From: Actinomycetota bacterium
GTDB lineage: Bacteria; Actinomycetota; UBA4738; JACQTL01
Direction of reading: 5' to 3'
Assembly (NCBI GenBank): GCA_046263085.1
Contig: JBHELK010000057.1
Coordinates: 30,317-94,316 of the forward strand
DNA: 64,000 nt
How positions within the stretch are numbered: the stretch's first letter is position 1; each line of letters begins with the position of its first letter. Positions 1 to 8,615 of this stretch are shown one piece after another. The position numbers and the translations under genes are program-made. Under the pieces are notes generated by a model that saw only the letters and a list, made by a program, of their open reading frames with translations, did not search any database and had not been told where the DNA came from.

Positions 1-1
1 G

Positions 2-439
2 GACGAGCCGGTGGAAGGGCTGGCGCTCGAGCTCGCCGCCGTCCCGGAGGACATGCCCATCGAGGCGGAGCTCCTGCTGGAGAGCGTCGTCGAGGGGATC
101 CTCGTCTCGGGCCCCGTCCGGGGGGCGATGCAGCTCTCGTGCGCCCGATGCCTGAAGCGCTTCGAGCAGCCGTTCGCCCTCGAGGTGAGCGAGCTGTTCG
201 CGCCCCAAGCCGATCCCGACACCGATGACTACGAGCTGCAGGATGAGGGGGCCATCGACGTGGAACCGCTCGTGCGAGACACCGTGCTCCTGGAGATGCC
301 GTTCTCACCGCTGTGCCGCCCCGACTGCAAGGGCCTCTGCGAACGGTGCGGCGGCGACCGCAACCTCGGGGAGTGCACGTGTCCGCCGATCACCGCCGAC
401 CCGAGATGGTCGGTGCTGAACCAGATCAGCTTCGAATGA
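2..439 (+). CDS. DUF177/YceD-family protein; frame is open to the left window edge, so possibly 5' partial
   Basis: ORF track 11..439. Paired Cys motifs (CARC, CRPDC, CERCGG, CTC). Lies immediately upstream of the L32 gene, the conserved yceD-rpmF arrangement. Confidence 0.7.
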   Translation, partial: DEPVEGLALELAAVPEDMPIEAELLLESVVEGILVSGPVRGAMQLSCARCLKRFEQPFALEVSELFAPQADPDTDDYELQDEGAIDVEPLVRDTVLLEMPFSPLCRPDCKGLCERCGGDRNLGECTCPPITADPRWSVLNQISFE

Positions 440-495
440 GACCGCCAACCCGATGAGTCACGCCGGGGCCGACCCCGGCGACGAGAGGAGAACCG

Positions 496-672
496 ATGCC
501 GACGCCGAAACGCAAGACCTCGAAGGCCAAGGGGCGTTCGCGCTCCGCGAGCTGGAAGGCGACCCCGCCCGCGTACGCCGAATGCCCGCAGTGCCACCAG
601 CCCAAGCTGCCCCATCGGGTCTGCGCCAACTGCGGCTATTACGCGGGCCGCAAGGCCATCGAGGTCGAGTAG
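496..672 (+). CDS. rpmF: 50S ribosomal protein L32
   Basis: Own translation, 58 aa (below the ORF-track cutoff): MPTPKRKTSKAKGRSRSASWK...ECPQCHQPKLPHRVCANCGYYAGRKAIEVE. GAGGAG Shine-Dalgarno upstream of ATG 496; stop TAG 670-672. Confidence 0.85.
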   Translation: MPTPKRKTSKAKGRSRSASWKATPPAYAECPQCHQPKLPHRVCANCGYYAGRKAIEVE

Positions 673-676
673 CTCG

Positions 677-1429
677 GTGACGCCCCCCGCTGAGCGCTCG
701 GGCGCCGAGCTCGAGACGGCGTCCCCTTCGGCCGATCGCGCCGGCGAGCTCGAAGAGGTCCTCGGGCTGCCCCTGGGCGACGAGTCGCTATGGGAGCTCG
801 CGCTCACCCATCGCTCCTACGCCTTCGAAGAGGGGCTCACGCTCACGAACGAGCGACTGGAATTCCTGGGCGACGCGGTCCTCGGCCTCATCATCACCGA
901 CCTCGCGTTCCGGCAGTTCCCCGATCTGTCCGAGGGGGAGCTGGCGAAGCTGCGCGCGGCGACCGTGAAGATGTCGACGCTCGCCGACGTGGCCCGAAAC
1001 CTCGGCCTGGGCCAGCTCGTGCACCTCGGTCGCGGCGAGGAGATGTCGGGGGGTCGCGAGAAGGCGAGCATCCTGGCCGACTGCATGGAGGCCGTGCTCG
1101 GTGCCATCTACATCGACCGGGGGCTCGACCGCACAGCGGATCTGATCGAGCGGTTGTTCTGGCCCCGGATGGCCGCCTACGTCCGCGGCGAGGGCGACCG
1201 CGACTACAAGATGACGCTGCAGGAGCTGGCGTCGCGCGAGTTCAGCGCCGCCCCCGACTATCGCGTGGTCTCGCAGGGGCCCGACCACGCGAAGGAGTTC
1301 ACCGCCACCGTGTTCCTCCGCGGCGACCCCTACGGCTCGGGCCGCGGGCGCTCGAAGAAGGAGGCCGAGCAGCAGGCCGCCCACGAGGCCCTGGACCGCA
1401 TCGCCGCCAATCCGCAGGGGGGTGCCTGA
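677..1429 (+). CDS. rnc: Ribonuclease III
   Basis: ORF 677..1429. RNase III signature NERLEFLGDAVLG, ALTHRSY, and a C-terminal dsRNA-binding region (GRGRSKKEAEQQAAHEAL). Confidence 0.9.
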   Translation: MTPPAERSGAELETASPSADRAGELEEVLGLPLGDESLWELALTHRSYAFEEGLTLTNERLEFLGDAVLGLIITDLAFRQFPDLSEGELAKLRAATVKMSTLADVARNLGLGQLVHLGRGEEMSGGREKASILADCMEAVLGAIYIDRGLDRTADLIERLFWPRMAAYVRGEGDRDYKMTLQELASREFSAAPDYRVVSQGPDHAKEFTATVFLRGDPYGSGRGRSKKEAEQQAAHEALDRIAANPQGGA

Positions 1430-2271
1430 TGGAGCTCCCCGAGGTGGAGGTGATGCGGCGCGACCTGGAGAAGGACGTCGTGAGCCGGCGCATCAAGGAG
1501 GTCGAGGTCCGTCCCACGAAGAACGCGATGCGCGTGATCCGCCGGCACGGGCGGCGCAAGGACCTCACGTCCCGGCTGGAGGGCCACAAGGTTGCCCGCG
1601 CCGAGCGCAAGGGGAAGTACCTGCTCCTGCACCTGGACGGCGGCGACGTGCTGGTCGTGCACTTCGGCATGAGCGGGCAGTTCATCCGGGGGAACAAACG
1701 CCAGCCGCTCCCGCCCCACACGCACGTCGTCATCACCTTCCAGCAGGGCGGCGATCTGCGCTTCGTCGACCCCCGGACCTTCGGCGAGCTCTTCGTCGCC
1801 ACGGCAGACGAGCTCGGCAAGGTGAAGGAGCTGCAGCACATCGCCATCGATCCACTCGAGGACACCTTCACGTGGCAGTCGTTCGGCGACCTGCTCGCCC
1901 AGCGCGCCGCGAAGCTCAAGCAGCTGTTGATGGACCAGAAGTTCGTGTCGGGCCTCGGCAACATCTACTCCGACGAGGTGCTGTTCTCCGCCGGGCTCCG
2001 CTACGACCGCACGTCCGACACTCTCTCTTCGCAGGAGGTTCGCCGCCTGTACCGGGCCATCCAGGAGGTCGTGCAGGACGCCATCCGGTACCGGGGCACC
2101 ACGCTCGACGACGAGGCGTACGTCGATCTCTTCGGCAACCCGGGCGAGTACCAGCGCGAGCTCAAGGTGTACGCGCGTCGCGGGCAGCCCTGCCGCCGGT
2201 GCCGAACCGCCATCGAGACGGTGAGGATCTCCAACCGGGGCTCGTACTACTGCCCCCAGTGCCAGAGCTGA
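1429..2271 (+). CDS. mutM: Formamidopyrimidine-DNA glycosylase
   Basis: Internal ATG 1429 of ORF 790..2271 gives N-terminus MELPEVE. C-terminal zinc finger CRRCRTAIE...YYCPQCQ. The start shares one base with the rnc stop. Confidence 0.9.
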   Translation: MELPEVEVMRRDLEKDVVSRRIKEVEVRPTKNAMRVIRRHGRRKDLTSRLEGHKVARAERKGKYLLLHLDGGDVLVVHFGMSGQFIRGNKRQPLPPHTHVVITFQQGGDLRFVDPRTFGELFVATADELGKVKELQHIAIDPLEDTFTWQSFGDLLAQRAAKLKQLLMDQKFVSGLGNIYSDEVLFSAGLRYDRTSDTLSSQEVRRLYRAIQEVVQDAIRYRGTTLDDEAYVDLFGNPGEYQRELKVYARRGQPCRRCRTAIETVRISNRGSYYCPQCQS

Positions 2272-2353
2272 CCTCCCGGGGTCGACCCGGCCCTTGCCTT
2301 CCTTCGAAGAGCGGGCGTACCTTCCACGGTGCAACCGACGAAAGGGGGACACC

Positions 2354-2779
2354 GTGGGCGATGTCATCGACGTGGTCCGGCGGGTGGAGGAGGCGTACAG
2401 CTCCGGCCGGCTCGAGCTCCTGGACGAGCTCATCAGCCCGGATCTGAAGGCGGAGACGCCGGGGAGCGATCAGATCCACGGGATCGAGGGGATCAAGGGC
2501 GCGACGCAGATGTCGAAGAGCGCCTTCCCGGACAAGAACGTGGCGATCGAGGACATCTTCGCCGAGGGCGACATGGTGGCGCTCCGGTGCCGGATGACCG
2601 GGACGAACAGGGGTGGCCTGCCATGGTTCGGCATCCCGGCCAACGACAAGGAGATCGACATTCAGTGGATCGCGATGTACCGCGTCCAGGAGGGCAAGAT
2701 CGTGGAGAGCTGGGCGCAGATGGACCTGCCGAAGATGATGCAGCAGCTCGGCGCGATGCCGGGACCGGGGGGCATGTGA
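2354..2779 (+). CDS. SnoaL-like / ester-cyclase family protein
   Basis: In frame with ORF 2294..2779. GTG 2354 is preceded by AAAGGGGGA. The ~141-aa size and pattern (EDIFAEGDMVALRCRMTGTNRGG...GKIVESWAQMD) match SnoaL-type small cyclase folds. Confidence 0.6.
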   Translation: MGDVIDVVRRVEEAYSSGRLELLDELISPDLKAETPGSDQIHGIEGIKGATQMSKSAFPDKNVAIEDIFAEGDMVALRCRMTGTNRGGLPWFGIPANDKEIDIQWIAMYRVQEGKIVESWAQMDLPKMMQQLGAMPGPGGM

Positions 2780-3219
2780 TGCCGACTCCCGAGGAGACCA
2801 AGGAGATCGTCCGCCGGTTCGACCAGGAGGTCTTCAACGCGCACGACCTCGACGCCGCGGATCGCATGATCGCCGACGACTTCGTGGAGCACGAGGAGCT
2901 GCCGCCGGGGATGCCCGGTGGCAAGGCCGGGGTCCTCGCCCTGTTCGAGCACATGTTCAAGGCGTTCCCCGACCTCACGACCGAGATCCGTCACCTCGTG
3001 GCGAGCGAGGACAAGGTGGCGATCCACTCGACGATGCGAGGGACCGACGAGGGCGGGTTCATGCCGGGGATGCCCGCGACGGGCAAGACCTTCGAGATCG
3101 GAGCGATGGACATCGTCCGGGTGGGCGATGACGGGAGGCTCGTCGAGCACTGGGGGTTCATCGACGTGATGTCGGCGATGATCCAGCTCGGGCACATGCC
3201 ACCGCCGCCCAGTATGTGA
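2779..3219 (+). CDS. SnoaL-like / ester-cyclase family protein (tandem paralog)
   Basis: ATG 2779 overlaps the previous stop (in frame with ORF 2329..3219). Same architecture: MPATGKTFEIGAMDIVRVGDDGRLVEHWGFID. Confidence 0.6.
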   Translation: MPTPEETKEIVRRFDQEVFNAHDLDAADRMIADDFVEHEELPPGMPGGKAGVLALFEHMFKAFPDLTTEIRHLVASEDKVAIHSTMRGTDEGGFMPGMPATGKTFEIGAMDIVRVGDDGRLVEHWGFIDVMSAMIQLGHMPPPPSM

Positions 3220-3226
3220 GTCGGCG

Positions 3227-4198
3227 TCAGCCGATCGCGACCATCCGCTCCAGAGCGCGCCTGGCGCGTTCCGCGATCTCGGGGTCGACCCGGATCTCGT
3301 GGATTCCCTCGCGCAGGGACGTGAGCAGGTTCTCCGGCGTGATGGCCTTCATGTACTTGCACACCGCGGCCTCGTTCGCCGCGATGTAGTCGCCGGTCGG
3401 GTTCAGCTTGCGCAGCTTGTGCAGGATGCCGGTCTCCGTGGCCACGATGAACGTGCCGCCCTCGGACGCCGTGGCGTCGCGAACCATGCCACCGGTCGAC
3501 AGGATGTGCGTCCGGTCCGCCGGCAGTACGCCCTCGCCCGCCAGGTACAGGGCCGCGGACGCGCAACCACACTCTGGATGGATGAGCAGCTCCGCGTCCG
3601 GCTCCCGGTGGATCAGGTCCTGGAGCTCCTGTGAGCCGATGCCGGCGTGGACGTGGCACTCGCCCATCCAGATCTCCATCTTCCGACCGGTGACGCGCTC
3701 CACGTGGGCCCCCAGGAACATGTCGGGCAGGAACAGGATCTCGCGGTCCTCCGGGATGCTGTTCACGACCGCGGCCGCGTTCGAGCTCGTGCAGCAGATG
3801 TCGGACTCCGCCTTCACCTCGGCCGTGGTGTTGACGTAGGCAACGACCACGGCGCCGGGATGTTCGGCCTTCCACGCCCGGAGCTGCTCGGCGTCGATGG
3901 TGGCGGCGAGAGAGCACCCTGCCCCGAGGTCCGGCAGGAGGACGCGCTTGTGGGGGGAGAGGATGGCGGCCGTCTCCGCCATGAAGTGCACCCCGCAGAA
4001 CACGATCTCGCGGGCGTCGGTGGCGGCGGCCTTGCGGGAGAGCTCGAGGGAGTCGCCCACGAAGTCGGCGACGTCCTGGATCCAGGGCACCTGGTAGTTG
4101 TGCGCGAGGATCACCGCGTCGCGGCGCCTTGCCAGCTCGTGGACCTCGTCGGCCCAGGCTTCGTATCGCCCGAGGAGTGCGTGCGCTGTGACTGCCAT
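3227..4198 (-). CDS. nadA: Quinolinate synthase A
   Basis: ORF 3227..4198. Motifs [23 protein letters not shown], typical of NadA. Confidence 0.9.
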   Translation of the reverse strand: MAVTAHALLGRYEAWADEVHELARRRDAVILAHNYQVPWIQDVADFVGDSLELSRKAAATDAREIVFCGVHFMAETAAILSPHKRVLLPDLGAGCSLAATIDAEQLRAWKAEHPGAVVVAYVNTTAEVKAESDICCTSSNAAAVVNSIPEDREILFLPDMFLGAHVERVTGRKMEIWMGECHVHAGIGSQELQDLIHREPDAELLIHPECGCASAALYLAGEGVLPADRTHILSTGGMVRDATASEGGTFIVATETGILHKLRKLNPTGDYIAANEAAVCKYMKAITPENLLTSLREGIHEIRVDPEIAERARRALERMVAIG

Positions 4199-4269
4199 GG
4201 TCTCGTGCCCGCCGTCCTCGACGGGCCCCCCTGCACCTCCAGGATACCGGCGCTACGCTCCCTGTAGCC

Positions 4270-4563
4270 ATGGAGACGGACCGCGAGGAGCTCATCGACC
4301 GCGTCGTGGTCCGCGCGTTCGAGCTGGCGACCGCCGAGGCCAGGGAGCCCATCCTGCGGCGGGTCGGCCGGCTCTTCCGCGGGGGCTACCACCCGCACGT
4401 GATCGAGGAGATCACCCGGGTCGCCGAGGGTGACGCGGGGGTGCTCGTCATCGCCCACCACCGGGAGTGGGAGCAGCACCCCAACCCGGTGGGCAGACGG
4501 GCCGTCGACCTCATCCAGGAGGCGCGGTCGAGGCTCATCGAGTCCGGCGCCGCAGACGCCTGA
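4270..4563 (+). CDS. Hypothetical 97-aa protein in the NAD locus
   Basis: ORF 4270..4563 with genome-typical high GC3. TACGCT -10-like box 10 nt upstream. Stop lies 7 nt before the nadC start. No family recognised. Confidence 0.45.
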   Translation: METDREELIDRVVVRAFELATAEAREPILRRVGRLFRGGYHPHVIEEITRVAEGDAGVLVIAHHREWEQHPNPVGRRAVDLIQEARSRLIESGAADA

Positions 4564-4570
4564 CCGCTCG

Positions 4571-5410
4571 ATGCCCGAGCTCCCGTCCGACGTCGACGAG
4601 ACGGTCCGCAGGGCGCTCCAGGAGGACGTCGGCACCGGCGACGTCACGACCCGGGCGGTGGTCCCGGCCGATGCCACCGCCGAGGGACGCTTCGTGGCGA
4701 AAGCCGGCGGCGTGATCTGTGGCCTCGATGTCGCGTCGCGCGCGTTCTCGCCGTCGGCGGGCCGGGGGGTCGGCGTTGTCTGGCGGACGAACGACGGGGC
4801 CCGCGTGGAGGTGGGGGAGTCCTTCGGCGACGTCACCGGACAGGCGAGGGCGATCCTGACCTGCGAGCGGGTCGCGCTGAACTTCCTCACGCATCTCTCC
4901 GGGATCGCCACGCTGACTCGCGAGTTCGTGGATGCATGCGCCGGGACCGAGTCGGTCATCCTGTGCACACGGAAGACCCTGCCGGGTCTCCGCCCACTCG
5001 AGCGATACGCCGTCGAGGTGGGGGGCGGCATGCTGCATCGCGCAGGGCTGTTCGACGCCGTCCTGATCAAGGACAACCACGTGGCGATCGCCGGCGGCGT
5101 CGCGGAGGCCGTCCGCCGCGCGCGCGCTCACGCGGACCTGTCGATCGAGGTCGAGGTGGACTCGATCGACCAGCTCGAGGAGGCGCTCGCGGCCGGCGCC
5201 GACCGGATCCTGCTCGACAACGCCGACATGGAGACCGTGAAGCGCGCGGTCGCCATCGTGCGGGACCGCACCCCGCTCGAGGTCTCCGGCGGGATGACGC
5301 TCGAGACGGTCCGCGAGATCGCGCCGCTCGGCAGGCTGTTGATCTCGGTCGGGCGCATCACCCACTCCGCGCCCGCGCTGGACATCTCGCTCGATGTCAC
5401 GGTGACGTGA
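4571..5410 (+). CDS. nadC: Nicotinate-nucleotide pyrophosphorylase (carboxylating)
   Basis: Internal ATG 4571 of ORF 4430..5410. ALQEDVGTGDVTT, CTRKTLPGLR, IKDNH, LLDN motifs. Confidence 0.9.
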   Translation: MPELPSDVDETVRRALQEDVGTGDVTTRAVVPADATAEGRFVAKAGGVICGLDVASRAFSPSAGRGVGVVWRTNDGARVEVGESFGDVTGQARAILTCERVALNFLTHLSGIATLTREFVDACAGTESVILCTRKTLPGLRPLERYAVEVGGGMLHRAGLFDAVLIKDNHVAIAGGVAEAVRRARAHADLSIEVEVDSIDQLEEALAAGADRILLDNADMETVKRAVAIVRDRTPLEVSGGMTLETVREIAPLGRLLISVGRITHSAPALDISLDVTVT

Positions 5411-5676
5411 CGAAGCGCGTCCACGTCTTCGTCTCGGGCCGGGTCCAGGGAGTCTTCTTCCGGGTGGAGTGCGCGAGGGAGGCCGGCGCCGTGGGCCTGA
5501 GCGGGTTCGTGCGCAACATGCCGGACGGCCGTGTGGAAGCGGTGTTCGAGGGGCCGCCGGGCGACGTGGAGTCGCTCGTGGCCTGGTGCCGGCGGGGTCC
5601 GGAATGGGCGTCGGTGGAGCATGTCGATGTCGCGGACGAGGAGCCCACCGGGGAGCGAGACTTCCGGATCCTGTGA
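5407..5676 (+). CDS. acyP: Acylphosphatase
   Basis: GTG 5407 overlaps the nadC stop (frame of ORF 4936..5676). VSGRVQGVFFR and GFVRNMPDGRVE signature. Confidence 0.85.
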   Translation: MTKRVHVFVSGRVQGVFFRVECAREAGAVGLSGFVRNMPDGRVEAVFEGPPGDVESLVAWCRRGPEWASVEHVDVADEEPTGERDFRIL

Positions 5677-5706
5677 CGTGGGCCGGCGGTCGCGCCGGCC
5701 CGCCGG

Positions 5707-8550
5707 TCAGGTCAGCTGGAACGGAGTGGTAGCCAACGCCGGCCTGGTGGCGTCGTCTCCCCAGTAGTGCGCGGCGACGCGCAGGGTCGCGGCCCGGCCG
5801 AAATCTCCCTCCGCTGCATCCCACACGTCGAAGTCGACGTAGCCGGTGGCGACGCCGTTCTCGTCGGTGAGGCCAGCGGAGGTGATCTCGAACGGATGCC
5901 ATCGCTCCTGGACCCCCAAGACGGACCCCTGGTACTCGATCGTGAAGACGACTTCACGACCGGCAAGAGGAAGGCCACCCGGGTCGGTCAATCTCGCGGT
6001 GAACGGCACGATCCCACCGGGAGCCGAGGAGGGGTTGCTCGCGTCCATCGTCAGCGCCGTCGTTCCCTTCGCCGGCTGCAACGGCGCGACCCCGAACCCG
6101 GGGTAGTCGAGCGACACGTCGACCCAGCCCGGACCTTCGCCGCGCTGTCCGACACCGGGACCGAACTCCGGCGTCCGCACGAACAGGTCGTTCAGGTCGT
6201 CGTCCAGGTCCGCGAACACCCCGCCGGCGGATCCCTGCGAGAAGTTCGTGGGGAGGTAGTCGTAGGCGAGCTCCCGGGTCGGTGAGCTCGCCGCGTGACT
6301 CACCGCACGCACGTCGTAGTGGTCGAGGCCCCCCTCGTCGAGGAGCATCGAGGCGGCGGCGGGGAGGGAGCGGTCCATCCCCTGGCCGTACGCCTCGCTC
6401 GTCGGGGCCAGGGCGCGAGAGGTAGCCTGACCGCTCTCGTCGGTGGCGGTGGCGTGGCTCTCCCCGTCCGCGACGAGGGTGTAGGAGTCGTCGCCGCCTG
6501 AGTTCACAAGGATCGCCGGAGCCAGCGATCCGAGCCCCTGTCCCGCCACGCTGACGGTTGCCGGCCAGACGGACGGGACCGTGTCGGCGTGAGAGGACGA
6601 CCCCGACGGCGCGCGGCTCGTGGCCGTGGCGTCCGCGACGAGATCGGCCCTGATCACATAGGTGTCGTCTCCTCCGTGGTCGGCAACGAGCGCCGCCGCG
6701 TCCGGTGCGAAGAGCGCCGCCGCGATGCCCTGGCCCCCGGCCGACGCGGCGGCCGGTTCCGTCGCCAGATCCTGCACGGTGGTGTCGAGGTTCGCCACCG
6801 CTCCGGTGCACCCGCACCCCGCCTCCGCCGAGACAGTGAGGAGGTGTTCCGACCTCGCGGTGTCGAGGTAGAGGTCGTTCCCGCCGAGGTCATCCAGGAT
6901 GAATTCACTCGCGGCCGCGGAGACGCCCTGCCCGCTGACCACCGCCTCGCCCGGCAGCTTCGTCCCCTCGGGTACCGGCGAGGCGGAGTCCAGGCGGGCC
7001 ACACGATGGGCCGTGAGGATGTACTTCGTCGGTGCGTCGCCCGTGAGGAGCGCGCCACCGCCGACGATGTTGAGTGCCTGGATGGCCTCCACGAGGTTGA
7101 AGCCTGCTTGCGGGCCGGCCGTCGCGTCGATCGTCGAGGCGATGGTGGCCCGCCCGGTGCGGTCGTACAGGGCGGCCGAGCCGAAGAACGAGGTCGCTTC
7201 GGCGTTCACGAACTCGTTCGCCACGATCGAATCCTCGGGGTTCGGCGTCGGCGTCTGGACGCCGTTCACGGCCGCCCGGTAGGTGTTCGAGCCGCCGAAG
7301 TCGAGGACCGCCCCGATACCGGTGAGCGATGAGCCGATGGCGGCGACCTGAAAGATGTCGTCCGGTGCGGCCGAGAAGCCGTAGCTGTCGTCGCCGCCGA
7401 AGTCGGCGAGGACACCGACCCCGAGGTCGCCCGAGCCGAACACGTACGGGGTGTCCAGTGGCCGCGGGAGATGCGGGACGTCGACGCGGTAGACGTCGTC
7501 GCCTGAGGTGTCGACCAGGACGCCCACGCCCTCATACGCGGATCCGCCCACGATGAAGTGGTCGTAGGGGACGCGGCCCTCGAGGCTCGGCTCGTAGACG
7601 TCGTTCCCACCGAGATCGATGTTCACCTCCGTGACGCACGAGGGGTCCTGCGTCGGATCGGGCGACGCGCCGCACCTGACGATGTTCGCACCGCCTGCGG
7701 AGTTCTGGTACCGGTCGTCGCCGCCGAGGTCGATGACGAGCGCGGCGTCGTTCTCGTGAAGGTTGGCCCCGGTTCCGCCGATGCACAGCAGGGGCAGTTC
7801 CGCCGCCACGTCGCAGTCGTCATCCGCGGAGGGGCTGGAGAAGAGGGCATCGGACCCTGCGGATCGCCGGAGCAGCGGCAGATCACGGTCGAGCGCCGCC
7901 GTGACGTCGAGTGCGCCTCGAACGGCGGCGGCGATGACGCCATTGGACCGGACCACGGGCCTGAGGCGCTCGATCCGGCGAGCGAGAGCCGCCGGGGCAT
8001 CGGTGATGCCGGCCCGGATGAGGTCGTGCGCCGCGCGCTCTGCCCGACGTGACAGCGAGGGGCTTCGGCCATCGTCGAGCCGCACGGCCGATGCCATGGT
8101 TTCGGCAGAGGACAGCACGGCGGTGAGGAGATCGGCGACGGGCGCCGCCAGCTGCGGCGCCAGATGAGCCTCGATACGGCCGAGTCGCACCTTCGGCTGG
8201 GCACGCGAAGCGGGACCCGGCGAGAACGACGCGATGCTTGCCAGGCGCCGGACGGCACTGTTCAGACTTCCGGAGCCCAGATCCCGTCGCCAGGCGAGCG
8301 CATCCGCTTGGAGGTGGTCTGCCGTGACCCGGGACGAGGCGAGTGCAGATCCTGGTGTCTCGAGCGAGGCATGAGCCGGAGGCAACGCCACGGCCAATGT
8401 CGCCACCGCGGTGAGCAGCACGCCGCGCACTCGTTCTGCACTCACGTCGCCCGTTGTGTTCGCGGTCCGGACGCCCGCTTCCTGCCGCAGAGGCGGGCAT
8501 TCCGTTGTGCACCCGACCAAATCGACCGACCGTGGTAGCGCCTCCTTCAC
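5707..8550 (-). CDS. Large secreted repeat protein: about 9 D-x-G-G-[DN]-D-x-Y repeats plus a C-terminal Ig-like domain. Start uncertain (8550 or GTG 8445).
   Basis: ORF 5707..8550. Signal-like VRGVLLTAVATLAVALPPAHA. Repeats DLGGDDRY, DLGGNDVY, DTSGDDVY, DFGGDDSY, DFGGSNTY, DLGGNDLY, DHGGDDTY, NSGGDDSY, DEGGLDHY. C-terminus resembles a bacterial Ig-like fold. Confidence 0.7.
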   Translation of the reverse strand: MKEALPRSVDLVGCTTECPPLRQEAGVRTANTTGDVSAERVRGVLLTAVATLAVALPPAHASLETPGSALASSRVTADHLQADALAWRRDLGSGSLNSAVRRLASIASFSPGPASRAQPKVRLGRIEAHLAPQLAAPVADLLTAVLSSAETMASAVRLDDGRSPSLSRRAERAAHDLIRAGITDAPAALARRIERLRPVVRSNGVIAAAVRGALDVTAALDRDLPLLRRSAGSDALFSSPSADDDCDVAAELPLLCIGGTGANLHENDAALVIDLGGDDRYQNSAGGANIVRCGASPDPTQDPSCVTEVNIDLGGNDVYEPSLEGRVPYDHFIVGGSAYEGVGVLVDTSGDDVYRVDVPHLPRPLDTPYVFGSGDLGVGVLADFGGDDSYGFSAAPDDIFQVAAIGSSLTGIGAVLDFGGSNTYRAAVNGVQTPTPNPEDSIVANEFVNAEATSFFGSAALYDRTGRATIASTIDATAGPQAGFNLVEAIQALNIVGGGALLTGDAPTKYILTAHRVARLDSASPVPEGTKLPGEAVVSGQGVSAAASEFILDDLGGNDLYLDTARSEHLLTVSAEAGCGCTGAVANLDTTVQDLATEPAAASAGGQGIAAALFAPDAAALVADHGGDDTYVIRADLVADATATSRAPSGSSSHADTVPSVWPATVSVAGQGLGSLAPAILVNSGGDDSYTLVADGESHATATDESGQATSRALAPTSEAYGQGMDRSLPAAASMLLDEGGLDHYDVRAVSHAASSPTRELAYDYLPTNFSQGSAGGVFADLDDDLNDLFVRTPEFGPGVGQRGEGPGWVDVSLDYPGFGVAPLQPAKGTTALTMDASNPSSAPGGIVPFTARLTDPGGLPLAGREVVFTIEYQGSVLGVQERWHPFEITSAGLTDENGVATGYVDFDVWDAAEGDFGRAATLRVAAHYWGDDATRPALATTPFQLT

Positions 8551-8615
8551 GGGGACCCGCCGACCATTGTGCGCCCGGCCACTGCTGCCCTAGGCTTCGG
8601 CCAGGGGGGATCGAC

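Noticed and set aside
790-1428. Long N-terminal extension of the mutM ORF (ORF 790..2271)
   Set aside because: It overlaps rnc out of frame and is Arg/Pro/Gly junk. The canonical Fpg N-terminus MELPEVE begins at 1429.
8568-8583. Second CRP-like site TGTGC-GCCCGG-CCACT in the divergent promoter of the repeat protein and the membrane protein
   Set aside because: Only the GTG...CAC core matches and the flanking consensus bases are wrong. In GC-rich DNA this level of match is expected by chance.
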